Source: an uncultured Actinomycetes bacterium (GTDB lineage: Bacteria; Actinomycetota; Actinomycetes; Acidothermales; Acidothermaceae). Taken from it: 64,000 bases of DNA. A program made the position numbers and the translations under genes. Positions 30,753-42,420 of this stretch are shown here, piece by piece. The first letter of the stretch is position 1. Every line of letters starts with the position of its first letter. The stretch lies in NCBI GenBank assembly GCA_963825425.1, contig CAWGTF010000012.1:77186-141185 (forward strand), given 5' to 3'. The notes beneath the pieces were generated by a model. It saw only the letters and a program-made list of their open reading frames with translations. It had not been told where the DNA came from and did no database searches.

Positions 30753-31948
30753 TCGGCGACTGGGCGGCGCCACGACCCCGACGCATAGGTTCGTCCAAGG
30801 CCGGCATGCTCACGCGCGAGTCACGGCTACGCCGGTCGGACTGGGTACTGACCGCTGCCGTGCTGAGCCTCTCGCTGATCGGCGTCCTGCTGGTGGCCGC
30901 GGCGACGAGGCACCTGAATCCGACCCATCCCTTTGCCGTTGTCGAGCACCAGGTCCTGTTCCTCGCGGTTGCCCTTGCACTCGGGGTGGTTGCAACCCTC
31001 GCGGACTATCGAGCCATTCGGTCGTCCGCTCCAGTCATCTACGTGCTCGCCTGCCTCGGCCTGCTTGCTACGTTCGCCATCGGATCGAGCGTGGCCGGCG
31101 CGAAGGCATGGATCAGCATCGGCGGCGGCCTCGAAATCCAGCCGTCGGAGTTCGCCAAGCTCGCCGTCATCGTGTTGGTGGCGATGCTGTTCAGCTCGGC
31201 GCGCGAAGATCGTCGCGACATCGGTGACCTCGACGTCGCAAGAGCGCTGCTACTTCTGGGTTTTCCGATGTTGCTGGTTCTCCTGCAAAACGACCTCGGC
31301 ACGATGTTGGTGATGGTCGCGATCGTGTTTGGCGTGCTCGCGATCGGGGGGGTGCCGACGCGCTGGATGTTCGGTCTGAGCGGGCTCGGGTTCCTCGCCA
31401 CCGTGGTGATCGTGCAACTGCACATGCTGAGCCCGTACCAGGAGAACCGCCTGACGGCGTACCTGCATCCGAATTCGCCGTCCGTCCTGCAGAATTCGGG
31501 CTTCAACGCGCATCAAGCGCAGATCGCTATCGGCGCTGGTGGGTTGACGGGCACCGGCCTCTTCCACGGGACGCAGATCAACAGTGGCGCCGTCTACGCC
31601 GCGCACACCGACTTCATCTTCGCGACTGCCGGTGAAGAACTCGGCTTCCTCGGTTCGGCGCTCATCATCGTCTTGTTGTCGGTTATCTTGTGGCGTGGGC
31701 TTCGGATCGCGTCACGGGCGCCCGACCTGTTCGGGCGGATCGTTGCCGGCGGGGTGGTCTGTTGGCTGGCGTTCGAGACCTTCGAGAACATCGGCATGAA
31801 CCTCGGGATCATGCCCGTCACCGGGATCCCGCTGCAGTTCGTCTCCTACGGTGGGTCGTCTCTGTTCGCGAGCATGCTGGCCGTCGGTCTGCTCCAGAAC
31901 GTGCACATCCAGACGCAGGCGACGCAGAACTCCAGCGGCGGCCTGTAG
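30749..31948 (+). CDS. rodA: Rod shape-determining protein RodA (FtsW/RodA/SpoVE family)
   Basis: ATGA overlap with the pbp2 stop. About 10 TM segments, with TDFIFATAGEELGFLG and PVTGIPLQFVSYGGSS motifs. Confidence 0.9.
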   Translation: MIGDWAAPRPRRIGSSKAGMLTRESRLRRSDWVLTAAVLSLSLIGVLLVAAATRHLNPTHPFAVVEHQVLFLAVALALGVVATLADYRAIRSSAPVIYVLACLGLLATFAIGSSVAGAKAWISIGGGLEIQPSEFAKLAVIVLVAMLFSSAREDRRDIGDLDVARALLLLGFPMLLVLLQNDLGTMLVMVAIVFGVLAIGGVPTRWMFGLSGLGFLATVVIVQLHMLSPYQENRLTAYLHPNSPSVLQNSGFNAHQAQIAIGAGGLTGTGLFHGTQINSGAVYAAHTDFIFATAGEELGFLGSALIIVLLSVILWRGLRIASRAPDLFGRIVAGGVVCWLAFETFENIGMNLGIMPVTGIPLQFVSYGGSSLFASMLAVGLLQNVHIQTQATQNSSGGL

Positions 31949-31957
31949 CCTGCTGAG

Positions 31958-33925
31958 GTGTCGAGCAACAACGCCGAATCGGTATTCGCCCGCCTCGAGC
32001 CGCTCCTGATGAGTGTCAGCAAGCCCGTCCAGTACGTCGGCGGCGAGCTGAACTCACTCGTCAAGGACTGGGCTGCGTGCGACGTCCGGTGGTGCCTCAT
32101 GTACCCCGACGCCTACGAGGTCGGCCTGCCCAATCAGGGCGTGCAAATCCTCTATGAGGTGCTTGGCGAACTCGACGGCGTGCTCGTCGAACGCACCTAC
32201 TCCGTCTGGCCGGATCTCGAAGCCCTGATGCGTGAACACGGCATCCCGCAGTTCACCGTCGATGCCCACCGCCCGGTCGGCGCATTCGACATCTTCGGTG
32301 TCTCGTTCTCGACCGAACTCGGCTACACCAACATGCTCAATGCACTCGACCTGGCGGGCATCCCGATCGAGTCGGCCGATCGCACGCACGAGCACCCGCT
32401 CGTCATTGCCGGCGGTCACGCCGCGTTCAATCCCGAGCCGATCGCGGATTTCATCGATGCCGCAGTGCTCGGTGACGGTGAGCAGGCGGTCATTGCGATC
32501 ACCCACATCGTGCGCGAATGGAAGCTCGACGGTTGCCCCGGCGGGCGCGACGAGTTGCTGTACCGGCTGGCGCGCACCGGCAACATCTACGTGCCCCGTT
32601 TCTACGACGTGACCTACCGCACTGACGGGCACATCGACGCCGTCACTCCGAACCGGGCGGGCATTCCCGCGCGGGTTTCGAAGCACACGCTGATGGATCT
32701 CGACGCTTGGCCGTACCCGAAGAAGCCCCTTGTCCCGCTGGCGGAAACCGTGCACGAGCGCTTCAGCGTCGAGATCTTTCGAGGCTGCACGAGGGGGTGC
32801 AGATTCTGTCAGGCCGGCATGATTACCCGGCCGGTTCGTGAGAGGTCGATCGACACGATCGGTGCAATGGTCGACGCCGGCCTGAAGGCGAGCGGCTTCC
32901 AGGAGGTGGGGCTGCTGTCGCTCAGCAGCGCCGACCACTCCGAGATTGGCCCGCTGGCCAAGCAACTGGCCGACCGCTACGAGGGAACGAACACGTCACT
33001 GTCGTTGCCGTCGACGAGAGTTGACGCGTTCAACGTCGACCTGGCAAACGAATTCTCTCGCAACGGCCGCCGCTCCGGCCTCACGTTCGCTCCCGAGGGC
33101 GGTAGCGAGCGCATGCGCAAGGTCATCAACAAGATGGTGACCGAGGAAGACCTGATCCGTACGGTGACCACCGCCTACGCACAGGGCTGGCGTCGGGTGA
33201 AGTTGTACTTCATGTGCGGGCTCCCGACCGAGACCGACGATGACGTGCTGCAAATCGCCGACCTGGCACGAAAAGTGATTCAAGCAGGCCGGACGGCGAG
33301 TGGCAGCCGTGACATCGGCTGCACGGTGTCGATCGGTGGCTTCGTGCCAAAGCCGCACACGCCGTTTCAGTGGGCCGCGCAACTTGACCACGCGACCACG
33401 GATTCGCGATTGCTGAAGCTGCGCGACACCATTCGCAGCGACCGTCAGTACGGCAAGGCCATTGGTTTCCGTTACCACGATGGGAAACCTGGCATCGTCG
33501 AAGGCCTGCTCTCGCGCGGCGACCGGCGGGTCGGTCGCGTCATCAAGCAGGTGTGGCTCGACGGCGGGCGCTTCGACGGGTGGAGCGAATACTTCTCCTT
33601 CGACCGCTGGATGACCGCGGCTTCTGCAGCGCTCGCGGACCAACCCGTCGACGTTGATTGGTACACCACTCGCGAACGCGACCGCTCCGAGGTGTTGCCC
33701 TGGGACCATCTCGACTCGGGGCTCGACAAGGACTGGTTGTGGCAGGACTGGCAGGACTCACTGTCCGACGTCGAGGTCGAAGACTGCCGGTGGACGCCCT
33801 GCTTCGACTGCGGTGTCTGCGACACGATGGGCACCGACATCCAGGTCGGGCCGACCGGCCGCACGCTGTTGCCGCTGACCGTGCTCACCAGTGCCGGGAC
33901 GGGCGGGTATGGCCCGCCAGCCTGA
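31958..33925 (+). CDS. B12-binding-domain radical SAM protein (TIGR03960-like)
   Basis: CTRGCRFCQAG is the CxxxCxxC radical-SAM cluster motif. 655 aa. A conserved partner gene follows. Confidence 0.85.
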   Translation: MSSNNAESVFARLEPLLMSVSKPVQYVGGELNSLVKDWAACDVRWCLMYPDAYEVGLPNQGVQILYEVLGELDGVLVERTYSVWPDLEALMREHGIPQFTVDAHRPVGAFDIFGVSFSTELGYTNMLNALDLAGIPIESADRTHEHPLVIAGGHAAFNPEPIADFIDAAVLGDGEQAVIAITHIVREWKLDGCPGGRDELLYRLARTGNIYVPRFYDVTYRTDGHIDAVTPNRAGIPARVSKHTLMDLDAWPYPKKPLVPLAETVHERFSVEIFRGCTRGCRFCQAGMITRPVRERSIDTIGAMVDAGLKASGFQEVGLLSLSSADHSEIGPLAKQLADRYEGTNTSLSLPSTRVDAFNVDLANEFSRNGRRSGLTFAPEGGSERMRKVINKMVTEEDLIRTVTTAYAQGWRRVKLYFMCGLPTETDDDVLQIADLARKVIQAGRTASGSRDIGCTVSIGGFVPKPHTPFQWAAQLDHATTDSRLLKLRDTIRSDRQYGKAIGFRYHDGKPGIVEGLLSRGDRRVGRVIKQVWLDGGRFDGWSEYFSFDRWMTAASAALADQPVDVDWYTTRERDRSEVLPWDHLDSGLDKDWLWQDWQDSLSDVEVEDCRWTPCFDCGVCDTMGTDIQVGPTGRTLLPLTVLTSAGTGGYGPPA

Positions 33926-34691
33926 CGCACGCGATGTCGCGCCCGCCGTCCAGCGACTGCGCGTGCACTTCGCCAAGCGTGGCCGGCTGCGGTTTACCAG
34001 TCACCGCGATTTCCAGCGCGTGTTCGAGCGAGCGGTGCGACGTGTCGGAGGTGCCGGTCGCGTTCAGCGCCGGGTTCTCGCCGCACCCGAAGATCTCCTA
34101 CGTCGGCGCGGCCTCCACCGGTGCGGCCAGCGAGGCCGAGTACCTCGAGATCGCCGTCACCCGCGTGTGCGACCCGGCCCAGGTCCGCGGCGCAGCTCGA
34201 TGCGGCGCTGCCGCCGGGGTTCGACGTGGTCGAGGTTCTCGAGGCCAGCGGCGGCTCGTTGCCTGACCGGATCGACGCGTCGCACTGGCAGGTGACTCTG
34301 AACGGAGTCGAGCCGGCCGCAGGCCGCAGCAGCTGTGATCGCATTCCTTCAGGCCGAGTCGATCCCCGTCGAGAGAGTGCTGAAGGACGGACGTCGGACC
34401 CTCGACGCCCGCCTGCCGGTCGTCCACCTCGGCGTGGTCGGGGACCTCGATGCGACCGGCTGTGCGATACTCGACATGGTTGTTCGGCACCTCACACCTG
34501 CCGTACGGCCAGACGACGTTCTCGCCGGACTTCGCCAGGTGAGTGACCTGGCGCCGCCGCTTCCCCCCTTGGTGTTGCGGCTGGCGCAGGGGCACCTCGA
34601 CGAATTTGGCAAGCTCGCCGACCCGCTGGCGCCCGACAGGGATGCCGCGACCGGAGCCAATCCGGCTGTGGAGATCCCCGCGACGCGGTAG
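33909..34691 (+). pseudogene. Radical-SAM-associated DUF2344/TIGR03936-like protein, three frameshifts
   Basis: The sensible sequence hops through four ORFs, each a +1 shift: 33891.. (RLRVHFAKRGRLRFTSHRDFQRVFERAVRR), 33658..34266 (VPVAFSAGFSPHPKISYVGAAS...), 34121..34546 (AQLDAALPPGFDVVEVLEASGG...) and 34335..34691. The breaks are at about 34045, 34190 and 34322. Confidence 0.75.
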
Positions 34692-34877
34692 GTCCGGCCC
34701 GCTTCGAACATCGTTCGTCCACAGACTTGCGCCGTTTTCTGGCGGAGCCCTCAAGGGCCTGCCTGCCGGGATACGGCGACCGACTACACGACTTGCTCCT
34801 GTGCGGTGCCGCTCCTGCTAGTGATCTCTGCTAGCCACGAAGCGGCGCCCGGGAGCCCGACGGGAAGACTTTTCCGC

Positions 34878-37556
34878 ATGCTCGAGAACGAGACCAACAG
34901 CCCATCCGACTCCAACTCCACCTCAGACGCCCCGTCCGCCGGTAGCGCCGCACCGCGGCGCAAGCGCACGGCCGCCAAGAAGACCGCCGCAGCGCCGGTC
35001 CGCACGCCTGCGACCAGAACAAGAGCTGCCAAGGCCGTCGCGGCGGCTCCCGCTGACCCGCCGTCGGCGCCGGACGCGGCCGCGAGGCCCGCGCGCGCCG
35101 GTCGGCGCCCGGCCAAGAAGACCGCCGCCGCACCCGTGACGACTCATGACCACGAGCCAGCGCACGAGCACGCGGCCCCCAAGAAGACGGCGAAGCGGGC
35201 GCCTCGCAAGTCGGCGAAATCGGCCCCAGGTGGCGCCGATCAGCAGGTCGCCGACCGGGGCGCCGCCGACTCCGCGCCAACCCGTCCCTCTGCCATCCCG
35301 ACCGTGCTCTTCCAGCCTCCGAGCGCCGAGAATGCGGTGCCCGCAAGCGATGGAGCACCCCGCGACTCGGCTTCCCGTGACTCGGCTTCCCGCGAGGCCG
35401 CGCCCCGCGACTCCGCGGATGGCGGAACGGGTGACGGTTCCGGCGCGCCACGCCGGCGGCGCCGTGGTGGCCGCGGCCGCCGAGGCGGTCAAGGTAGCCA
35501 GGGCGAGTTCGGCAACGAATCCAACTCGGCTGACGCATCCGACTCCGGCGACGGCCGATCCGACAGCCGAACCGACGCTCGACCCGAGGGCGACGGCGGC
35601 TCGGCGTCGGACTCACGCGACAACTCCGACGACCGGGACGACCACGATGGCGAAGGCTCCGCATCGAGCCGTCGCCGCCGCCGTCGCCGCAGCCGCGGCG
35701 CGGGTGAGGGAGAAGTCCGATCGGCCGACGATCCGCCGAACACTGTCGTCCGCATCCGCGAGCCCCGCGATCACGACGACGCCGGCAATGGCGGCGTCCA
35801 AGGCGTTAAAGGCTCGACCCGCCTCGAGGCCAAGAAGCAACGCCGCCGCGAAGGTCGCGAGCAGGGCAGGCATGGCCGGCGCGGACTGGTCATCACCGAG
35901 TCGGAGTTCCTCGCCCGCCGCGAGTCGGTCGACCGCGTTATGGCGGTCCGTCAGCGTGGTGACCGCACCCAGATCGGCGTCCTCGAGGACGGCGTTCTGG
36001 TCGAGCACTTCGTCAGCACCGCCTCGACCAATCGCATGGTCGGCAACGTCTACCTGGGCCGCGTGCAAAACGTGCTCTCGGGTATGGAAGCGGCCTTCGT
36101 CGACATCGGCAAGGGTCGCAACGCGGTCCTGTACGCCGGTGAGGTGAACTTCGACACGTCCGGTCTAGAAGGCGGTCCGCGTCGCATCGAGTCGGCGTTG
36201 AAGCCGGGCCAAGCTGTCGTCGTCCAGGTCACGAAGGACCCGATCGGGCAGAAGGGCGCCCGTCTCACCAGCCAGATCAGCCTGCCGGGCCGCTACCTCG
36301 TGTACGTGCCCGAGGGTTCGATGATGGGCATCAGCCGCAAACTGCCGGACGTCGAGCGGTCGCGGTTGAAGGCGATTCTGAAGAAGGTCACACCTGAAGG
36401 TGCCGGCGTTATCGTGCGCACGGCGGCCGAGGGTGCCTCCGAAGAGGACCTCACGCGTGACGTCGCGCGCCTTGCGGCTCAGTGGGAAGTCATCCAGAAG
36501 AAGTCCGAGACCGCGAACGCCCCGGCGCTGCTGTACAGCGAGCCCGACCTGACGATTCGGGTCATCCGCGATGTCTTCAACGAAGACTTCAACCAGCTCG
36601 TCGTCTCAGCGGATTCCGACTGGGACACCGTCGAGGCGTACGTCGCGCACGTCGCCCCTGACCTGGTGCCGCGGCTCTCGCAATGGACGTCGGAAGAAGA
36701 CATCTTCACGCACTACCGAGTCGACGAGCAGATCGCGAAGGCGCTCGACCGCAAGGTCTGGTTGCCGAGCGGTGGCTATCTCGTCATCGATCGCACCGAA
36801 GCAATGATCGTCATCGACGTCAACACCGGCCGGTTCATCGGCAAGGGTGGCAACCTCGAAGAGACGGTCACCAAGAACAACCTCGAAGCGGCCGAAGAAA
36901 TCGTCCGGCAGCTGCGGTTGCGCGACATCGGCGGCATCATCGTCATCGACTTCATCGACATGGTGCTCGAAGGCAACCGAGACCTGGTGCTGCGCCGACT
37001 CGTGGAGTGTCTGGGTCGCGATCGCACGAAGCATCAGGTCGCCGAGGTCACCTCGCTCGGTCTCGTGCAGATGACTCGCAAGCGCGTCGGCAACGGCCTG
37101 CTCGAGGCGTTCTCTGAGACCTGCGAGGTCTGCAACGGACGCGGCGTCATCGTGCACACCGATCTCGTTGAGCACACCCACGCCGCCCGCCAGCTCACGG
37201 CCTCCAAGCCCACGCCTGCGGTCGTCGCGGCTGCACGAGGTAAGGGTTCGCGCGGACGCGGCGCTCAGGTTGGCGCAGCGTCCCCGACGGCCGATGGCCA
37301 GGGCGGTGCTGCTGAAGCCAGCGAGCAGGCGACCGCGGTCGCCGCCGAAACAGGCGGCACCGACGGGGACGGCGCCGAGCAAGCGACCCCGGGTGACGCG
37401 AACTCCGAAGGTCAGCCTTCCGAGGGTGCGGCTGCTCCGGCCGCTAAGAGCGCCTCGCGGTCACGTCGCGGCGGCCGTCGGCGGGGCGGGTCGAAGGCCG
37501 GCGCCAGCGCCGACCACACGGCAGCCGGGAACGATTCCGGCGCGGCGGGCGCCTAA
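34878..37556 (+). CDS. rne: Ribonuclease E (RNase E/G family) with Arg/Pro/Asp-rich N- and C-terminal extensions
   Basis: S1 and catalytic core: MVGNVYLGRVQNVLSGMEAAFVDIGKGRNAVLY, ...VIDVNTGRF..., GGIIVIDFIDM. The start may be ATG 34878 (ORF 34806..37556). Confidence 0.9.
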   Translation: MLENETNSPSDSNSTSDAPSAGSAAPRRKRTAAKKTAAAPVRTPATRTRAAKAVAAAPADPPSAPDAAARPARAGRRPAKKTAAAPVTTHDHEPAHEHAAPKKTAKRAPRKSAKSAPGGADQQVADRGAADSAPTRPSAIPTVLFQPPSAENAVPASDGAPRDSASRDSASREAAPRDSADGGTGDGSGAPRRRRRGGRGRRGGQGSQGEFGNESNSADASDSGDGRSDSRTDARPEGDGGSASDSRDNSDDRDDHDGEGSASSRRRRRRRSRGAGEGEVRSADDPPNTVVRIREPRDHDDAGNGGVQGVKGSTRLEAKKQRRREGREQGRHGRRGLVITESEFLARRESVDRVMAVRQRGDRTQIGVLEDGVLVEHFVSTASTNRMVGNVYLGRVQNVLSGMEAAFVDIGKGRNAVLYAGEVNFDTSGLEGGPRRIESALKPGQAVVVQVTKDPIGQKGARLTSQISLPGRYLVYVPEGSMMGISRKLPDVERSRLKAILKKVTPEGAGVIVRTAAEGASEEDLTRDVARLAAQWEVIQKKSETANAPALLYSEPDLTIRVIRDVFNEDFNQLVVSADSDWDTVEAYVAHVAPDLVPRLSQWTSEEDIFTHYRVDEQIAKALDRKVWLPSGGYLVIDRTEAMIVIDVNTGRFIGKGGNLEETVTKNNLEAAEEIVRQLRLRDIGGIIVIDFIDMVLEGNRDLVLRRLVECLGRDRTKHQVAEVTSLGLVQMTRKRVGNGLLEAFSETCEVCNGRGVIVHTDLVEHTHAARQLTASKPTPAVVAAARGKGSRGRGAQVGAASPTADGQGGAAEASEQATAVAAETGGTDGDGAEQATPGDANSEGQPSEGAAAPAAKSASRSRRGGRRRGGSKAGASADHTAAGNDSGAAGA

Positions 37557-37587
37557 CGCAACCGCCGGCCTGCGCGGGCCGGGCTCC

Positions 37588-38953
37588 TCAGCTGGTCGGC
37601 GTCCCGTCTTGGAAGACCATGATCGAGCCGCTGTAGCAGGCGACCCATACCCGGTGCGTCGCGTTGTCGTACGTGATGCCGATCGGGTTGGCATTCGTCG
37701 GCACGGTCTGCACGACGTGCATGTCGCTCGTGCGCACTTTGCTCATCGTGTTCGACATGTAGTTGACGACGTAGATGTAGCTGCCGTCCGGCGAGATCGT
37801 CATGCTGCGCGGCGCGGCGCCGGTGCGCACCCGCGCTACCACGGTCCGGGTGATCAGGGAGATCTTGTCGACGACACCCTCGCCGTTGATCGTGGCGTAC
37901 AACCAGTGCCCGTCGGCGCTCATCACCAGATGCCGCGGCGCTGAACCGACGTTCGAGATCCAGCTGACCTCGAACGTCGAGAGGTTGATGGCGGCAATCC
38001 GCGTCGAACCCATGACGGCGACGTACGCAGTACCGCTCACCGGGTCGACCGCAATGCCGCGTGGATAGGGGCCGAGCGGGATCGTCGTGACGATCTTGCC
38101 GGTGGCCGTGTCAATGATGCTTTCGTTGTAGGAGCACCAGTTCGACACCAGCAGGTACTTGCCGTTGGGGGTGACGGCGACGAACTTCGGCACCGCGCCG
38201 ACCTCGATCGCCTGGTCGATCGTCAACGTCGCCAGGTTGACCCGGTAGACGAAGCTGTCGGGGTAGTGGTCGGCCAGCCGTGCAGGTGTCGGAGCCCTCG
38301 CGGGTGAATGGCGCTGCGCCATACATCGAGTAGTTCGACACGTACACGTACTTGTGGTTGGGCGTGAATGCCGCCTCGACCGGAGCGCCCTTGTAGGTGC
38401 CCGGGTACTGCGGATAGCCGAGACTCGGCAGGTTCACGGTGTCCGGGATGATCTTCACGAGGTGGAAGTTGCGGTCGTACACGTTCATCGTGTGCAGATA
38501 CATCATGTTCTGCGCGAAGAAGAGCCCGGTCTGCGACGACACCACGGACTTCTCGTCGAGGTGACCGGTGATGGTCTTGACCAGGACCATCCGGGCCGCG
38601 GGTGCGATCTGATCAACAGGCATGGCGGACGGCGAGGGGTTGGCGCCCTTCGATTTGCCTCCCGAGTTGTCTCCTGGCTCGCCTGCCGCAGGTCCGGCCG
38701 GCTTGCTCGGTGAACTCGGGGAGATGGTGGGCACTGCCGGCGCAGAGGTGGCCGCCGCGACGACTCCTGCGCTGGCCCCCGGGGGCATCGCGGGCGTGGA
38801 CGGGCCTGCCGCGGAGGTACCCGCCGAGGCCGACGTAGCCGCCGACACCGCTGCCGAGCCTGGCGGCAAGGACCCGGCCGTCTTGCTGGTTGCGGTGCAG
38901 CCGGCTGTCACCAGGACAGGCACGAGCACCAGCGCAGCCGCTATCCGTCGCAT
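37588..38953 (-). pseudogene. Lipoprotein with YVTN-type beta-propeller repeats, frameshifted near 38280
   Basis: Signal peptide plus lipobox MRRIAAALVLVPVLVTAGC. Repeated ...P(R/K)xxxxSPDG/NGxYLYVxN... blades. The N-terminal part is in ORF 38111..39052 and the C-terminal part in ORF 37588..38322. Confidence 0.7.
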
Positions 38954-39131
38954 GCCGACATCTTTCCCGATTCTTTGCCGGCAGGGCCCGGTTTGACCCC
39001 CTGGCGCGCTGGTCCGTACTCTTGGGGGTCGGCGCGCTTGAAATGCGCCCATCGCCGCGCGTCCGTTGTCGGTCTCGCGCGTGTCCGCGGTGAATCAGAG
39101 TCGTCAGGTCCGAGCAGGCAGGAGTTCCGCG

Positions 39132-39446
39132 GTGTACGCGATCGTTCGCAGCGGCGGCAGGCAGCACAAGGTGGCCGTCGGCGACGTCGTCGAGGTCGAC
39201 CGGGTCGAGGGCGAGCCCGGCACGTCGGTCACTCTCGCCGCGCTCCTACTCGTCGACGGTGACGCGGTGACCAGCGACGCGAAGGCCCTGGGCAACGTGA
39301 CCGTGACGGCCGAGGTCGTCGACCACACCAAGGGCCCCAAGATCCATATCCTCAAGTACAAGAACAAGACTGGTTACCGCAAGCGGCAGGGCCATCGTCA
39401 GCGCCACAGCCGTTTGAAGGTCACCGGCATCGAGACCGGAAAGTAG
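39132..39446 (+). CDS. rplU: 50S ribosomal protein L21
   Basis: [23 protein letters not shown].... GTG 39132 lies 7 nt after AGGAG. Confidence 0.95.
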   Translation: MYAIVRSGGRQHKVAVGDVVEVDRVEGEPGTSVTLAALLLVDGDAVTSDAKALGNVTVTAEVVDHTKGPKIHILKYKNKTGYRKRQGHRQRHSRLKVTGIETGK

Positions 39447-39455
39447 GCTGCTGAC

Positions 39456-39710
39456 ATGGCTCACAAGAAGGGCGCATCGTCCAGCCGCAACGGCCGTGAC
39501 TCCAATGCCCAGTTTCTCGGTGTGAAGCGCTACGGCGGCCAGCTGGTGAACGCCGGCGAGATCCTGATTCGGCAGCGCGGCACCCACCACCACCCCGGCC
39601 TCAACGTTGGGCGCGGCAAGGACGACACGCTGTTCGCGCTGGCGGCGGGTCGGGTCGAGTTCGGCACTGCACGCGGCCGGCGTGTGGTCAACATCGTCCC
39701 GGGGACCTAG
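39456..39710 (+). CDS. rpmA: 50S ribosomal protein L27
   Basis: [29 protein letters not shown]... Confidence 0.97.
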   Translation: MAHKKGASSSRNGRDSNAQFLGVKRYGGQLVNAGEILIRQRGTHHHPGLNVGRGKDDTLFALAAGRVEFGTARGRRVVNIVPGT

Positions 39711-39738
39711 AGCCCCGGTTATCGCGTAGCAGTAGCAA

Positions 39739-39770
39739 ACGAGGGCGAACCGGTGCCGGTCCGCCCTCGT
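39739..39770 (+). terminator. Hairpin downstream of rpmA (9-bp stem ACGAGGGCG / CGCCCTCGT)
   Basis: The stem is followed by gtcgtttc, only a weak U-tract. It lies between rpmA and obg. Confidence 0.45.
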
Positions 39771-39812
39771 GTCGTTTCATGACTGTGCCGGTCCGACTGC
39801 GAGGAGGACACG

Positions 39813-41178
39813 ATGCCGACGTTCGTCGACCGTGTCGTCCTCCATGCCAGCGCGGGCAACGGTGGCCACGGTTGCGCGTCGATCCACCGCGAGAAGTACA
39901 AGCCGCTCGGCGGTCCGGACGGCGGTGACGGTGGCCGCGGGGGCAACGTCGCGCTCGTCGTCGACCCCGACACCACCACGCTGCTGGCGTTTCACCACGC
40001 CCCGCACCGGCGGGCCACGTCCGGCAAGCCGGGCCAGGGCAGCAATCGCGATGGTGCCAACGGCGAGGACATGATCCTGCCCGTCCCCGACGGCACGGTC
40101 GTCAAGACCGAGGACGGCGTCGTGCTGGCCGACCTGGTCGGCGCGGGTTCGACCTACATCGTCGCGCAGGGTGGGCGTGGCGGCCTCGGCAACGCAGCGC
40201 TGGCGTCGCCGCGTCGCAAGGCGCCCGGCTTCGCGCTGCTCGGCGAGCCAGGCGCGGTCCAGGATGTCGTGCTCGAACTGAAGACCGTCGCTGACGTCGC
40301 GCTCGTCGGCTACCCGAACGCGGGCAAGTCCTCGCTGGTCGCGGCGCTGTCGGCCGCCCGGCCGAAGATCGCCGACTACCCGTTCACCACGCTCGTCCCG
40401 AACCTCGGCGTCGTGCAGGCGGGGGAGTCGCGGTTCACGGTGGCCGACGTTCCCGGCCTCGTTCGTGGCGCGAGTGAAGGGCGCGGTCTGGGTCTTGAGT
40501 TCCTGCGCCACGTCGAGCGGTGCACCGCGCTCGTGCACGTCATCGACTGCGCGACGATGGAACCCGACCGCGATCCGGTCAGCGACCTCGAGGCGATCGA
40601 AGCTGAGCTGGCGGCCTACGACACCGATCTCGGCGGCGTCCCGCTTGAACAAGCGGCCGCGGTTGGTGGCGCTGAACAAGGTCGACGTGCCCGACGCTCG
40701 CGATCTCGCCGAGATGGTTCGCAGCGAGATCGAGGCGCGCGGCATCAAGGTGATCATCGTCTCGGCCGCGACCCGCGAAGGTCTTCGCGAGCTGTCCTTC
40801 GCGATGGCCGAGCTCGTCGAGCAGGCGACGGGCGGCCCGGCCGGTCGACGAGGCGACTCGCATCGTGCTTCGGCCGCGCGCTGTCGACGACAGCGGATTC
40901 ACGGTCACCAAGGACGGCACGAGCTTCGTGGTGCAAGGGCGATCGCCCCGAGCGCTGGATCAAGCAGACCGACTTCACCAACGACGAAGCCGTCGGGTAT
41001 CTGGCCGACCGGCTGAACCGGTTCGGCGTCGAGGCGGAGCTTGCGAAAGCCGGCGCCGAGGCGGGTGCTGAGGTCATCATCGGCGACGTCGCATTCGACT
41101 GGGAGCCAGGAATGCTGTCCGGGTCTGAAGCACCGGATCGGACCGCGCGGAACCGACTCGCGCCTCGACGGTCGGTGA
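39813..41178 (+). pseudogene. obgE: GTPase Obg/CgtA, about four frameshifts
   Basis: Obg-fold glycine repeats ([16 protein letters not shown]), G1 [10 protein letters not shown]3 DVPGL and G4 NKVD. Breaks are at about 40650, 40832, 40934 and 41128. The C-terminal [10 protein letters not shown] is read in a fourth frame ending at TGA 41176-41178. Confidence 0.9.
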
Positions 41179-41183
41179 CCCGG

Positions 41184-42339
41184 GTGCCCGACCTGACCTC
41201 CGCAACCGACGACGGCGTCGCGCGGCCGCTCGTCTGCCGCTGCCCGCAAGATCGTCGTCAAGATCGGGTCGTCGTCGCTGACCCGGCCCGAGGGTGGCCT
41301 CGACCAGGCGAACATCGACGCGCTCGCGTCCGCGATTGTCGGGCGTCTGCGCCAGGGGACGTCGTGTGTGCTGGTGTCGTCGGGAGCCATCGCGGCCGGT
41401 CTGCGGCCGCTCGGACTGACGGCGAGGCCGCGCGATCTCGCCACCCAGCAGGCCGCGGCGAGCGTCGGCCAGGGCCTGCTCGTCGAGTCGTACGCGCGCG
41501 CGTTCGGGCTCCACGATGTCCGCGTGGGTCAGGTGTTGCTGACCTCCGACGACATGATGCGCCGCGTTCACTACCTCAACGCCGAGCGGACGTTGACGCG
41601 CCTGCTCGAGCTGGGCGTCGTCCCTGTCGTGAACGAGAACGACACGGTCGTGACCGACGAGATCCGGGTCGGCGACAACGACCGGCTCGCCGCTCTCGTC
41701 GCACATCTCGTGCGCGCCGACCTGCTGGTCCTGCTCTCCGACGTCGACGCGTTGTACACCGCGCCGCCGGGCGGTCCGGCTCGCGGCGGCTCGACGACGT
41801 CCATGGTGAAGCCGACCTCGCCGGCGTCGACCTTGGCGGTGTCGGGCGAGTCGGGATCGGATCCGGCGGCATGATCACGAAGGTGGACGCCGCCCGGCTC
41901 GCGACGTCAGCCGGGCATTCCGGTCGTGGTCGCCTCAGCCACCGCGGTCGTCGATGCACTCGCCGGAAGGCACGCAGGCACCCTGTTTCATCCGACCGGC
42001 GTGCGGGTTGCGAGCCGGCTGCTGTGGCTGGCCCACGCGACGACGCCGCGCGGTCGGTTGGTGCTCGACCCCGGAGCCGTCGCGGCCGTCGTCGACCGGC
42101 GGTTGTCGTTGCTGCCAGCCGGCATCACCAAGGTCGAGGGCGAGTTCGCGGCCGGTGACCCGGTCGACCTCGTCGATGAAGCGGGCCGTGCCGTTGCGCG
42201 CGGCCTCGTGAACTACGACGCGACCGAGTTGCCCGGCCTGCTCGGCCGTTCAACGCGCGACCTGGCCGCCGAACTCGGCACCGCATACGAACGCGAAGTC
42301 GTTCATCGCGACGACCTGGTGCTGCTCACGAATCGCTGA
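41184..42339 (+). pseudogene. proB: Glutamate 5-kinase, at least three frameshifts
   Basis: [27 protein letters not shown] and [10 protein letters not shown], plus a PUA domain (ORF 41926..42339). Breaks are at about 41225, 41788 (a -1 shift) and 41914. The start is uncertain. Confidence 0.9.
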
Positions 42340-42420
42340 CCGTCACGCGCCTGTCGACGTCGCAGCCCGCAGTACCTATCCTCGCCTTATCCGGCGCGCG
42401 TGCGAGGAGGCAGCAGGGGC

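Noticed and set aside
39813-42339. Genuine reductive pseudogenisation, or programmed frameshifting, of obg/proB and the other broken housekeeping genes.
   Set aside because: Seven breaks fall within 2.5 kb of otherwise perfectly conserved sequence. Essential genes are affected. There are no slippery heptamers and no accompanying nonsense substitutions. Consensus indel errors explain this more simply.
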